Origin: Nitrospiraceae bacterium
Lineage (GTDB): Bacteria; Nitrospirota; Nitrospiria; Nitrospirales; Nitrospiraceae
Direction of reading: 5' to 3'
DNA length: 52,642 bases
Assembly (NCBI GenBank): GCA_037442105.1
Contig: JBBIQV010000018.1
Location: 1 to 52,642 of the forward strand
Position numbers and translations under genes: made by a program. The stretch's first letter is position 1, and the number at the start of each line of letters is the position of its first letter. Under the pieces are notes generated by a model that was not told the origin of the DNA, did not search any database, and was given only the letters and a program-made list of their open reading frames with translations. Below, piece by piece: positions 25,040-34,782 of this stretch.

Positions 25040-26497
25040 ATGAGCGAGAGCGTCGTACAGAAACAGACGGACCTTCAGGGCTTGAGCACGGCGATTCTGT
25101 TGCCGTCGGCCGGGTTGTTCACGGGGTGCGGCAGGGAGGGTGTGACCAGTGTCGGCCCGCTGACGAAAGTCGGCGGAGTCAGTCTCTTCCAGCGGGCGGT
25201 CTTGACCCTGCAACGAGCCGGCATCCGCCAGCTCATCGTCCTGGCAGGTCCCGAAGCCGAGGCGCTGAAGCAGGTCCTGAGGAAAGGGGCGCGCGTGACG
25301 ATCCCCGTGCGGTGGATGCCGATCCGGGAATTCCCGCTGGAAGACCAGCGTACGTGGGAGGCGTTGGCGGCAGAGGCGCAGGGCTTCTGTCTGATCACGA
25401 GCGTCAAGGCGGTGTTTTCGCGCGGCTTGATCGAGCATCTCCGTCAGACGGTTGAAGACGGCTGTGCCATTGTGGTCACCTGTCGGGGTGAGGGAGGAGC
25501 GCAACCGATGGGACGGCGCAACCCCGCCGTACAGTTAGATGGGGACCGGCTGGTTGCGTTCCACAACCAGACCGGGCACGAGGCAAGTCAGGTTGCTGCC
25601 GATCTTGTGGTCTTACCGGCCGGGATAATGGGTGCGACAAGCCGGGGTGGTGGGGGAGAAATCACAGGCTCGATGCCGATCTGGAAGTGGTTACAGCAGG
25701 CTGCCGGTGAGGGACGGGTTCGAGCGGTCTCGACAACGACAGACCCGGCACGGTGGTACGGCGATGTGCAGGATATAACCGATGTAAAGCCGGCCGAACG
25801 CCGGCTTTTTCAATCACTCAAGGGAGAGTTCGAGGGGTTCGTCGACCGCTACTTCAACCGCAAAGTCTCGCGGCTGTTCACGAAGGCGTTTCTCCTGCTC
25901 GGGTTCTCGCCGAATGCGATTACGATCGTGGCGACCGTGGTCGGCTTGCTGGCGGCGGTGGGCTTCGGCTTCGGGACCTACACGGCTGGTATCGCGGCCG
26001 CGTTGCTGTTCCAGTTGGCGGCGATCATCGATTGTTGCGATGGCGAGGTTGCGCGTCTCACCTTCACGGAATCTCCGTTCGGCGCATGGCTCGACATCGC
26101 CATGGATAACATCGTCCACATGGCTATCTTTGCCGGCATTGCCGTTGGTGCCTGTCTCCGCATAGCCGGCAGTGACGATGCCTGGATTCCGCTCGTCTTG
26201 GGTGCGGCCGCAATTCTGGGCAACGGACTATCCTTCGTGTTGGTCAACCAAGCGCAGAAGATCAAGAACGAGCGCGGATGGAAGACACCCGTGCAGGCGG
26301 CTTGGTCGGATTTTATGCTCAAGAACGTCGCCAGCCGGGACTTTTCAGTCGTGGTGTTGCTCTTTGCTCTGTTCGATAGGCTGGAGTGGTTCCTCTGGAT
26401 GGCGGCCATCGGGTCTGCGGTCTTTTCGGTGATCATGCTCTGGGTTATTCGGCCCTCCGCGGTCACCCATACGAATCCCTTGCAGGGCGGTTCGTAG
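25040..26497 (+). CDS. CDP-alcohol phosphatidyltransferase with a degenerate N-terminal nucleotidyltransferase-like domain
   Basis: PNAIT, DCCDGEVAR...SPFGAWLDIAMD signature; N-terminal PLTKVGGVSLFQRAVLTLQRAGI. Confidence 0.9.
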   Translation: MSESVVQKQTDLQGLSTAILLPSAGLFTGCGREGVTSVGPLTKVGGVSLFQRAVLTLQRAGIRQLIVLAGPEAEALKQVLRKGARVTIPVRWMPIREFPLEDQRTWEALAAEAQGFCLITSVKAVFSRGLIEHLRQTVEDGCAIVVTCRGEGGAQPMGRRNPAVQLDGDRLVAFHNQTGHEASQVAADLVVLPAGIMGATSRGGGGEITGSMPIWKWLQQAAGEGRVRAVSTTTDPARWYGDVQDITDVKPAERRLFQSLKGEFEGFVDRYFNRKVSRLFTKAFLLLGFSPNAITIVATVVGLLAAVGFGFGTYTAGIAAALLFQLAAIIDCCDGEVARLTFTESPFGAWLDIAMDNIVHMAIFAGIAVGACLRIAGSDDAWIPLVLGAAAILGNGLSFVLVNQAQKIKNERGWKTPVQAAWSDFMLKNVASRDFSVVVLLFALFDRLEWFLWMAAIGSAVFSVIMLWVIRPSAVTHTNPLQGGS

Positions 26498-26503
26498 ATC
26501 AGC

Positions 26504-27505
26504 GTGCTCAGACTCTTCCTACTCCTCCTCGGTTTCCTCGCTCTTCTTCTCCTCGTTTGGCATATCGGTCCAGGGAGCATCTACGACGCCGCGGCGCAGC
26601 TTGGGCCGCTCGCGCTCCTCATCATTCTGATTCCTTCCGTCATGATGTATACCATCGAGGCCTACGGCTGGAAGGTCACGTTGGGGCCATCGGCGAAGGC
26701 GATTCCATTTTGGCGCTTGCTGGCGATCCGGACCGCCGGCGAAGTGGTGAACATGACGACGCCGACTGCGTATATGGGCGGGGAACCGCTGAAGGCCTAT
26801 CTGCTCAAGAAGCACAATGTCCCGATGGTGGAGGGGTTGGCCTCGGTCGTGATCGCGAAAACGACCATGACGATTGCCGAAGTCTTGTTCATTCTGCTCG
26901 GCATCGCGCTCGGATTTTGGGTGCTCGGCGCCAACGGTTCGTCCGGTCAAACCGCCGTGGCGGCCTTGTTGAGCGTCGGCCTTCTGCTGTTCGGGACGAT
27001 GGCCTTTGTGTTTGTGCAGCGGCGAGGCTTGTTCACATGGCTGCTCGAAGTGCTGCGCAAAATAGGAATCAAGATCGCCTACCTCGAATCCCGGGAGGAG
27101 AAACTCCGGTCGCTGGACCACACAATCTTGAATTTCTACACACACAACCGGCCGGCCTTCTATTCGTCCACCGGCCTGTTCTTCTTAGGTTGGTTGGCTG
27201 AAGCGCTGGAGGTGTACGTCATTATTCATTATCTCGGTGGACCGGCGAACGCTCTGTCCGCCATTTCCGTCGGGGCCCTCTCCGTCTTCATCAAAGGTGG
27301 AACGTTCTTCATTCCCGGCAGCCTCGGTGCCCAGGATGGCGGGAACCTCTTGCTGCTCACCACATTCGGCTACAGCGAGGTAACGGGGATTACGTTTGCG
27401 TTGCTGCGGCGGTTCCGCGAATTAGTCTGGATCGGGCTGGGGCTGCTGTGCCTGGTCTGTATCGGTGGACGCTCGGCGGCGGTCCAGGAAAATCAGGCAA
27501 GGTAG
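26504..27505 (+). CDS. Lysylphosphatidylglycerol-synthase TM / flippase-like membrane protein
   Basis: NMTTPTAYMGGEPLK, FIPGSLGAQDGG, ALLRRFRE; about 8 TM helices. Confidence 0.85.
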   Translation: MLRLFLLLLGFLALLLLVWHIGPGSIYDAAAQLGPLALLIILIPSVMMYTIEAYGWKVTLGPSAKAIPFWRLLAIRTAGEVVNMTTPTAYMGGEPLKAYLLKKHNVPMVEGLASVVIAKTTMTIAEVLFILLGIALGFWVLGANGSSGQTAVAALLSVGLLLFGTMAFVFVQRRGLFTWLLEVLRKIGIKIAYLESREEKLRSLDHTILNFYTHNRPAFYSSTGLFFLGWLAEALEVYVIIHYLGGPANALSAISVGALSVFIKGGTFFIPGSLGAQDGGNLLLLTTFGYSEVTGITFALLRRFRELVWIGLGLLCLVCIGGRSAAVQENQAR

Positions 27506-27537
27506 AGCGACCTCGCAGCAAACCGTGCCTCTCGCCG

Positions 27538-28563
27538 TCAGTAGCGAATCAGTCTCTTGATCAGCCATTTTGCTCTGCCAAGAAACCCGCTGGGGACGCG
27601 TTCATAAAAATTCCGCATCCAGGCATGGGCTTTCAGCTCTTGGAGAAGTTCTGTACGGAGTCTTCGGTTGTCTGAAAACCCACAGTTCTCCGTAGCATGC
27701 TGTTGAGACCGCATTCCTGCCAGAACCGTGCTTACGGCAGGATGTGCGAGACAAAACCTCAGCGCCAACTCCGGTAACGTGCGCGCTTCGGTGCCCAGCA
27801 GCTTCTGGAGCGAATTGATGCGGGAGACCAACTGGGTCTTGCGTTCACCGGCGAAGTAAGAGCTGCGAAAATCGCCCGATGGGAAGGCAGAGGCGGTGGT
27901 AATGGACCCCGTTAACCCTCCTTCGTCAAAGGGGCAGCGTACCAGTACCCCGACCTTGTGCTCCAGGCAGGCAGGGAAGAGGGCTTCGGCGGGGGACTGG
28001 TCGAAAATGTTGTAGATCACTTGGACGGTATCAATCAGGCCGCTGTTGACCAATCGAAGCGCCGATTCGGGCGCGTGGTGTCTGAGTGAAACCCCGACCC
28101 AGCGGATCTTTCCGGCTTCTTTCAGTTTCCTGAGGGCTTCAAACCAACCGTCCTCTTCGATCCACGTGTCCCGCCAGAAATGCAACTGCTGCAGATCGAT
28201 GCAATCACGCTTCAGGTTCCTCAAGCTGCGCTCGGTGCAGGCTACGATGTGCTCAGGGGGAAACGCCTGTTCCGCGCTGACCCATCGAGTGGGAAATGTT
28301 GTGTGGAGCGGTGGGATCTTCGTGGCGACAAAAACGCGCTCGCGGCGCGCTCGGACCACTTGCCCGATCAGGGCCTCGCTATGACCATCGCCGTAGGCGA
28401 GCGCCGTATCAATGATGTTGACCCCGGCATCGATCGCAGTATGGAGTGCGGACAGGGACTCCTCGTCGCGTGCGCCACCCCAGTCACTGCCGCCGATTCC
28501 CCAGGCCCCGAACCCGACCTCAGAAATCGTGACACCCGTTTTCCCTAGAGCGCGATAGCGCAT
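27538..28563 (-). CDS. Aldo/keto reductase
   Basis: MRYRALGKTG..ISEVGFGAWGIGG, DTALAYGDGHSE, ATK, SLRNL..DCIDLQQLH. Confidence 0.95.
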   Translation of the reverse strand: MRYRALGKTGVTISEVGFGAWGIGGSDWGGARDEESLSALHTAIDAGVNIIDTALAYGDGHSEALIGQVVRARRERVFVATKIPPLHTTFPTRWVSAEQAFPPEHIVACTERSLRNLKRDCIDLQQLHFWRDTWIEEDGWFEALRKLKEAGKIRWVGVSLRHHAPESALRLVNSGLIDTVQVIYNIFDQSPAEALFPACLEHKVGVLVRCPFDEGGLTGSITTASAFPSGDFRSSYFAGERKTQLVSRINSLQKLLGTEARTLPELALRFCLAHPAVSTVLAGMRSQQHATENCGFSDNRRLRTELLQELKAHAWMRNFYERVPSGFLGRAKWLIKRLIRY

Positions 28564-29144
28564 CGAATGACCCCTTCTTCTGTATGTTCTGTACGCAACG
28601 CAATCCCCCTCACGGTGTTTTTTCATAGGCGTGTGTTTTTGTAAAGAGCGGCGACCGCTTACCTGTTTCCATTCGCGTTGACTTGGTCGCGTGGCCGGAA
28701 CTGCCTTGCCTGTCGTTCAAACAACTACATGAAATTCATCCTTAATACTACCTCCCTTGGTGGATTGTACTGGTTGATGCCGGATGCTAGCGTTTGCATC
28801 AGAATGGGTGAGGTTGTGCATCAATGTTGCCGGGGGGAGATCAGGAGGATTTTATGAATCGGTTGGGTTTACGTTGCGGCAGGCCATTTGAATTGGAGAA
28901 TGCCTATCTATCTATCTATCTATCGTCTTCCAACTCGCTCGCGTCGTTTCTGTAGTGTAGCCGGAACTGAAGCGATGTCCGATACCCAACAGCCATTCAG
29001 ATACCCGGACGCGCGTGCCAAGCCGGCAGAAGGAGACCGCGCTCCACCTTTTGTCAAGTTCAACATGGGTAGGAAATGAACGATCTCAACTGAGTTCCCT
29101 TTCTGTGGCCGACGGAGGAGGGAAAGGTGGAGAAGGAGTTTCCC

Positions 29145-31640
29145 ATGTCCATATACTTACCATCAAATGCATCAAAGCGGCGGCTGAGGGAAGCCCAAAA
29201 CGCGCGGAATAATCGCGCGGAGATCGTCAAAGCGCTCTCTCACGGCCAGATCACGCGACGAGATCTCTTTAAGTGGGGACTGTTCACGACTGCAGGGCTT
29301 TTGCTCAACAAGAACGGGTTGAGCCCCTATGCCAAGAGCGCCTTTGCCGGCGAGCCGACGGGCGTCCCGCCGACGCCGATCGACGGCGCCTTTCCATTGA
29401 CGCAGCCGCTGCCGCGGCTCCACTTAGAAACACCGCTACCCCTGACGAAGATCGTGATGCCGAACGGCGAATGGGAAGCCCGGTGGCCGTCCGGCGTGCT
29501 GCCTAATCAGCCGCTCAACGCAAAGCGGCTTTCTTGGCACACGGACTTCAGCAATCACCCGGCGGGCAACACGCCGGCGAATCCGTACATCAACCCCATC
29601 ACGCACCGGGGGCCGATCGAAGGCCGTCCTCCCGGGGAGTGGTTCGGACACCAGCGCTGGAAAGAGTTTTTCCCTCAGGTGGGGTACCTCATGTCGCTCG
29701 GACCGTGCGCGCCGGGCACCAAGTTCCACCCGGCCTGGCCGGACCAACAAGCCAACCGAGTCTGGTCCTTCTATGAAGGAGGATTTGGAGGCGCGAGCCA
29801 CTTGCCGCCTCCACTGTTAAAAGGCCGGTATGGGGAGCCCATCCTCATGCGGATCCATAACAGTTGCCCGGTGGACCGGACCGCGAACGGCGGCTTCGGC
29901 CGCAATGAGATGTCGACGCACTTCCATAATGCCCACAATGGAGCTGAAAGCGACGGTGCCTCCAACGCCTATCACTTCCCCGGGACCTTCTACGATTACC
30001 ACTGGGGGACGACGTTGGCGCGGCACGACCAAATCAATCGGAGCGCGACGGATCGTCGGGCGTCCGGACCAGACGGCCGCGGCGGCCTGATCCAGGTGCC
30101 CGGGGATTTCCGCGAGCTGCAAGGGACCATGTGGTTCCACGACCACCGGTTCTTCTTCACTTCCGAGAACGTCTACAAGGGCATGGCGGCAATGATCAAC
30201 TATTACAGCGGGCCGGATCGCGGGAACGAGGTGCTGACCGACGGCGTGAATCTCCGTCTCCCCAGCGGCAGCCTGCTGGATTGGGGCAATCTCGATTTCG
30301 ACGTGAACCTCTTGATCGCCGATATGGCGACTGATCCAAGCGGCCAGTATTTCTTCGATATCTTCACCACCGACGGGTTCATCGGTGATCGGCTGCACGT
30401 CAACTTCGCCTGGCAGCCATACATGGAAGTGTTGCCGCGCAAATATCGCTTCCGGACCATAAACGCGTCCATGTCACGGTTCCTTCAGTTGGCCCTCGCC
30501 GATCAGAATGGGAGACCTGTCCCGTTCCAGTTCATTGCCAATGACGGCAACTTCGTGGTCCGTCCCCTCTTGCTCACCCAACTCGACCAGCAGGGCACGG
30601 CGGAGCGGTACGACATCGTCGTCGATTTCTCCAGGTTCAAAATCGGGGACAAGGTCACGCTGGTGAATCTGCTGCAGCAAACGGACGGGCGCAAGCCCGA
30701 CAAGGCCTTGTCACTGGCGCAGGCGCTCGCAAGAAATTCACCGGATACCGCCGTCGGCCCGGTCATGGAATTCCGGATCGTCGGCGCGGTCGAGAGCGTG
30801 GATGTGCCTGGCTACATCCACTACGCGAGCAGTCAGGATCTGAGTCAGGTTCCGCCGACGCTGACCGAGCAGATTCCGATCGTCGCCCCGGTCCGAACGA
30901 GGCACGTCGAGTTTGTGAGGGGCGGCGGGGACTCAACAAACACTCCCACGGGGACCTGTATCCCTGAGTGCGGCGGTCGGGAATCGTTCCCCTGGTCGAT
31001 CAAGGTGAACGGGGAGTCCGCGCACTCCCTCAACGCCAATCGCATCTCTCTGTTGATCCCGAAGCCGGGAGAAGTCGAGCATTGGACCTATCAGAACGGT
31101 GGCGGAGGCTGGGACCATCCGATCCACCTCCACTTTGAGGAAGGCATGACCATGAACCGGGGCAACGAGCCGATCCCGGCGACGGAGCGCCTGGTCCGAA
31201 AGGATATCTGGCGGCTGCGGCCGAGCGGGCGGGTCCAATTCCAGGTGCGGTTCGGGGAGTACGGCGGCGCCTATGTGAACCATTGCCATAATACCGTTCA
31301 CGAAGACTTCGCCATGTTGCTGCGATACCAGGTCCTCACGGACAGGAACAATCCGAATGATTCAGATGTGCATGTGGAGATCATTCCGACGCCGATTCCC
31401 TCCCCCGATGGCGTGACCTTTATGACCCCGGAGGTATTGGCAGAAGGGAATCCGGCCGGAAACTCGGTGTCGATCGCGCAGACGAACGGCGGGGTCGTCG
31501 GCACCGGTGGGACTGGGAGCACGTCCGGCACCACCACCACGACCGGATCTAGCGGGAGCGGGACTGGAGGAACGACCGGCACGACCACGACCAGCAGCAG
31601 CGGGAGCGGGTCTGGCAGATCCGGAAGGAGGAGGAGATAA
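29145..31640 (+). CDS. Large Tat-exported multicopper oxidase (McoA/MnxG/CotA-like)
   Basis: AAGGAG RBS, TRRDLFK Tat motif; Cu motifs THFHNAH, WFHDH, HPIHLH, HCHNTVHEDFAM; Gly/Thr/Ser tail. Confidence 0.92.
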   Translation: MSIYLPSNASKRRLREAQNARNNRAEIVKALSHGQITRRDLFKWGLFTTAGLLLNKNGLSPYAKSAFAGEPTGVPPTPIDGAFPLTQPLPRLHLETPLPLTKIVMPNGEWEARWPSGVLPNQPLNAKRLSWHTDFSNHPAGNTPANPYINPITHRGPIEGRPPGEWFGHQRWKEFFPQVGYLMSLGPCAPGTKFHPAWPDQQANRVWSFYEGGFGGASHLPPPLLKGRYGEPILMRIHNSCPVDRTANGGFGRNEMSTHFHNAHNGAESDGASNAYHFPGTFYDYHWGTTLARHDQINRSATDRRASGPDGRGGLIQVPGDFRELQGTMWFHDHRFFFTSENVYKGMAAMINYYSGPDRGNEVLTDGVNLRLPSGSLLDWGNLDFDVNLLIADMATDPSGQYFFDIFTTDGFIGDRLHVNFAWQPYMEVLPRKYRFRTINASMSRFLQLALADQNGRPVPFQFIANDGNFVVRPLLLTQLDQQGTAERYDIVVDFSRFKIGDKVTLVNLLQQTDGRKPDKALSLAQALARNSPDTAVGPVMEFRIVGAVESVDVPGYIHYASSQDLSQVPPTLTEQIPIVAPVRTRHVEFVRGGGDSTNTPTGTCIPECGGRESFPWSIKVNGESAHSLNANRISLLIPKPGEVEHWTYQNGGGGWDHPIHLHFEEGMTMNRGNEPIPATERLVRKDIWRLRPSGRVQFQVRFGEYGGAYVNHCHNTVHEDFAMLLRYQVLTDRNNPNDSDVHVEIIPTPIPSPDGVTFMTPEVLAEGNPAGNSVSIAQTNGGVVGTGGTGSTSGTTTTTGSSGSGTGGTTGTTTTSSSGSGSGRSGRRRR

Positions 31641-31726
31641 CATCAGGTGCAGAAGCTCGGAGGCCGCCTTTAGAAGGACGGTCTCCGGGCTTGGGCGGAC
31701 CGGTCGCGAGAAAGAGGGGGCGCGCC

Positions 31727-32692
31727 ATGGGCAAGACTCGATGGGGGAGTGTCGCAGTCCTCGTGATCGTCACGTGGGCGCTGCTGGGGCTGCTTGGAGA
31801 CACCATGGTCTCCGCCGCAACCTGGGGAGAGAGCTACTTCCCGAACGTGCCCCTCGTGACCCAGGAGGGGGAGACTGTCCATTTCTATGACGACCTGATC
31901 AAGGGCAAAATCGTCCTGATCAACTTCATCTACGCCGGTTGCAAAGAAGTCTGTCCCCTGGTGACGGCGAGAATGGCGCAGGTCCAAAAATCGTTAGGCG
32001 ATCGAGTCGGGCGCGACATATTTTTCTATTCAATCACGTTGGACCCGGCCCATGACACACCGGAAGTGCTCAAGAAACACGCAGCGGCCTTTCACGCAGG
32101 ACCGGGATGGCTGTTTCTGACGGGGAAGCCGGAAGACATCGAGCAGGTGCGCTACAAGCTTGGGGAGCGGAGCAACCGCTTGGCCGACCACAGGAATGAC
32201 GCGATGGCGGGCAACGGGGCAACCGGCGATTGGGAGCGCACCTCCCTGTTCCAAGACGTGGCTCTGGTCGCCAAGGTGGTGCTGGAGATGGACCCGCAGT
32301 GGCGAGCCCAGCGGGTCCGCAGGCCGGGGACGACTTCTACAAATGTCGCGCCCGTGCGTTCGGTGGGACAGACGGGACAAGCCCTCTTCGTGAAGCTCTG
32401 CGCTTCATGCCACACGATCGGGAAGGGGGACCTCGTGGGCCCTGACCTCCAGGGCGTGACGGTTCGCCGGGAACGCGCCTGGCTCTCTCAGTTCATGCAG
32501 AGGCCCGACGTGATGCGGGCGAATCAAGACCCCGTTGCCGTAGCCCTTTCCGCCAAGTATGAGGGGGTCAGGATGCCCAATCTAGGGTTGTCGGAGACCG
32601 ACGTGGGCGACCTGTTGGTCTATCTGGACAGGCAGAGCCAACGTCTGGGCGTCTCAACCAAGCCGGCGACGCCTCCACACGCCGCCCACTAG
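31727..32692 (+). CDS. SCO1/SenC copper chaperone fused to cytochrome c
   Basis: Signal peptide, FIYAGCKEVCP, SITLDPAHDTPE, WLFLTG; CASCH...GPDL...MPNL. Confidence 0.92.
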   Translation: MGKTRWGSVAVLVIVTWALLGLLGDTMVSAATWGESYFPNVPLVTQEGETVHFYDDLIKGKIVLINFIYAGCKEVCPLVTARMAQVQKSLGDRVGRDIFFYSITLDPAHDTPEVLKKHAAAFHAGPGWLFLTGKPEDIEQVRYKLGERSNRLADHRNDAMAGNGATGDWERTSLFQDVALVAKVVLEMDPQWRAQRVRRPGTTSTNVAPVRSVGQTGQALFVKLCASCHTIGKGDLVGPDLQGVTVRRERAWLSQFMQRPDVMRANQDPVAVALSAKYEGVRMPNLGLSETDVGDLLVYLDRQSQRLGVSTKPATPPHAAH

Positions 32693-32739
32693 CCCGCACG
32701 AGCTCTCCTCCAACAGGTGCCCTCATCGTGGCGTTCCCA

Positions 32740-32768
32740 TTTACAGGTCAGGATCGCCTTGTTACGAT
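32740..32768 (+). promoter_or_regulatory. Sigma70 promoter of cstA (probably leaderless)
   Basis: TTTACA-N17-TACGAT with TGn, 7 nt before ATG 32776. Confidence 0.6.
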
Positions 32769-32775
32769 ACCGTGC

Positions 32776-34770
32776 ATGAAATTGGTCTTGCAGGTGTTGT
32801 GGGGCTCGCTCGCGGCTTTGGGCGCAGTGGCGTTGGGTTTTGTCACCGGCGTTTTCAATCCCGCTGAAAAGGTGAACGGCCTTTGGCTCGTCGTCGCGGC
32901 CGGCTGCATCTATGTCTTGGCGTTTCGATTCTATGGGCGGTGGTTGGCCCGTCAGGTTGTCGAGTTGAATGACCAGCGTGTGACGCCGGCTGTCCGGTTG
33001 AATGACGGCGTCAATTTCCACCCCACGAACAAGTATGTGCTGTTCGGTCATCATTTCGCGGCCATTGCGGGCGCCGGACCGCTGCTCGGCCCGGTGTTGG
33101 CGGCGCAATTCGGCTATCTTCCCGGCTTTCTCTGGCTGGTCATCGGAGCAGTGCTCGCCGGTGCGGTGCAGGATTTCATCATCCTTGTGGCCTCGATGCG
33201 GCGGAACGGTCGTTCGTTGCCGGAGATCGCGCGTGATGAGTTGGGAGTTGTCACCGGAACGGCGACGGCTGTGGCGGTGTTCTTCATCGTCGTCGTGGCG
33301 CTGGCCGGCCTCGGCTTTGCGGTCGTCAACGCGCTCTACCGGAATGCCTGGGGTACCTTCACGATTGCGATGACGATACCCATCGGTTTCTTGATGGGTT
33401 TCTATCTCCAGAAGTTCCGGCCTAGCCGGGTGGCCGAAGTCTCCCTGCTGGGGGTGGTGTTGCTGGTCGCGTCCGTGATTTTCGGGCGGGTGGTGGCCCA
33501 GTCATCGCTTGCAGGATGGTTTGAGTTCGATCGCCCCACGTTGGTCTGGCTGTTGGCCGGGTACGGGTTTCTTGCGTCGGTGCTGCCTGGGTGGATGTTG
33601 CTGGTGCCACGTGGCTACCTCTCCACCTTTATGAAGCTCGGAGTGGTGGCGTTGCTGGGATTCGGCGTGATGCTGATGGCGCCGGCGATTGAGATGCCGC
33701 GCGTCACGATCTTTGCGCACGGCGGTGGGCCGATCATCCCGGGCACGCTCTTCCCGTTTCTCTTCATCACCATTGCGTGCGGCGCTGTTTCCGGCTTTCA
33801 CTCGCTGGTGTCCTCCGGCACCACGCCGAAGATGATCGAGCGGGAGTCTCACGCACCGGTGGGGTATGGCGCGATGTTGTTAGAGAGTTTTGTTGGCGTG
33901 ATGGCGCTGATTGCGGCCTCGGTGTTGATTCCCGGTGATTATCTGGCGATCAACACCATGCTTGCCCCCGATGCACTTGCTGCGACGGGATTCCCCGTGT
34001 CGAGAATCCAGGACCTCTCTCAACTGGTCGAGGTGGATGTGGCTGGTCGGCCAGGCGGAGCCGTCTCGTTGGCGGTCGGTATGGCGTCGATTTTCGCGGC
34101 GCTGCCCGGCATGGCAGGGCTGATGGCCTATTGGTATCAATTCGCGCTGGTGTTCGAGGCGCTGTTCATCCTGACGACGATTGATACCGGTACACGGGTG
34201 GCGCGCTACCTGGTTCAAGAGATGGGTGGACGTCTGTATCCTCCGCTTCGAGGGTTCAACTGGTGGCCTGGCGTGTTGGCGAGCAGCGGGTTGGTCGTCG
34301 GGGCTTGGGGGTATTTGATTGGGACCGGGAGCATTTCGACCATCTGGCCCATGTTTGGGGCTGCCAATCAGTTGCTCGGCACCTTGGCTCTTTGCATTGG
34401 GACGACGGTGCTTATTAAGATGCGGAAGTCGCAATTTCTATGGATCACGGCTCTCCCGATGCTGTTTGTGGGGGTGGTCACGCTGACCGGTTCGTATGAG
34501 ATGTTTGGATTATTTGTCACCGGAGCGGCGGCCGCCGGCGGCGGTGGGCAAGCCTTTGCTCTGTATCTCGATGCGGTGCTGGTCGCGGTGGTGGCCTTGC
34601 TGGCGATGATCGTCTTGGTCGATAGTGTGTCGCAATGGTACGGGTACGTGATTCTGAAGCGCCCGTTCACGAGCAGCGAAGTGGCGGCGTTGCCGGGCGG
34701 CGGATCGGCTGCGCGGATGCATCCGACGGCGAGTGACGGGATTCACCTTCCATACAGCGGATGTTGTTGA
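32776..34770 (+). CDS. cstA: Carbon starvation protein A (pyruvate/peptide transporter family)
   Basis: TPAVRLNDG, LFGHHFAAIAGAGPLLGP, FITIACGAVSGFHSL, TTIDTGTRVAR, IWPMFGAANQLL. Confidence 0.95.
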   Translation: MKLVLQVLWGSLAALGAVALGFVTGVFNPAEKVNGLWLVVAAGCIYVLAFRFYGRWLARQVVELNDQRVTPAVRLNDGVNFHPTNKYVLFGHHFAAIAGAGPLLGPVLAAQFGYLPGFLWLVIGAVLAGAVQDFIILVASMRRNGRSLPEIARDELGVVTGTATAVAVFFIVVVALAGLGFAVVNALYRNAWGTFTIAMTIPIGFLMGFYLQKFRPSRVAEVSLLGVVLLVASVIFGRVVAQSSLAGWFEFDRPTLVWLLAGYGFLASVLPGWMLLVPRGYLSTFMKLGVVALLGFGVMLMAPAIEMPRVTIFAHGGGPIIPGTLFPFLFITIACGAVSGFHSLVSSGTTPKMIERESHAPVGYGAMLLESFVGVMALIAASVLIPGDYLAINTMLAPDALAATGFPVSRIQDLSQLVEVDVAGRPGGAVSLAVGMASIFAALPGMAGLMAYWYQFALVFEALFILTTIDTGTRVARYLVQEMGGRLYPPLRGFNWWPGVLASSGLVVGAWGYLIGTGSISTIWPMFGAANQLLGTLALCIGTTVLIKMRKSQFLWITALPMLFVGVVTLTGSYEMFGLFVTGAAAAGGGGQAFALYLDAVLVAVVALLAMIVLVDSVSQWYGYVILKRPFTSSEVAALPGGGSAARMHPTASDGIHLPYSGCC

Positions 34771-34782
34771 GAGGAGGAAATC

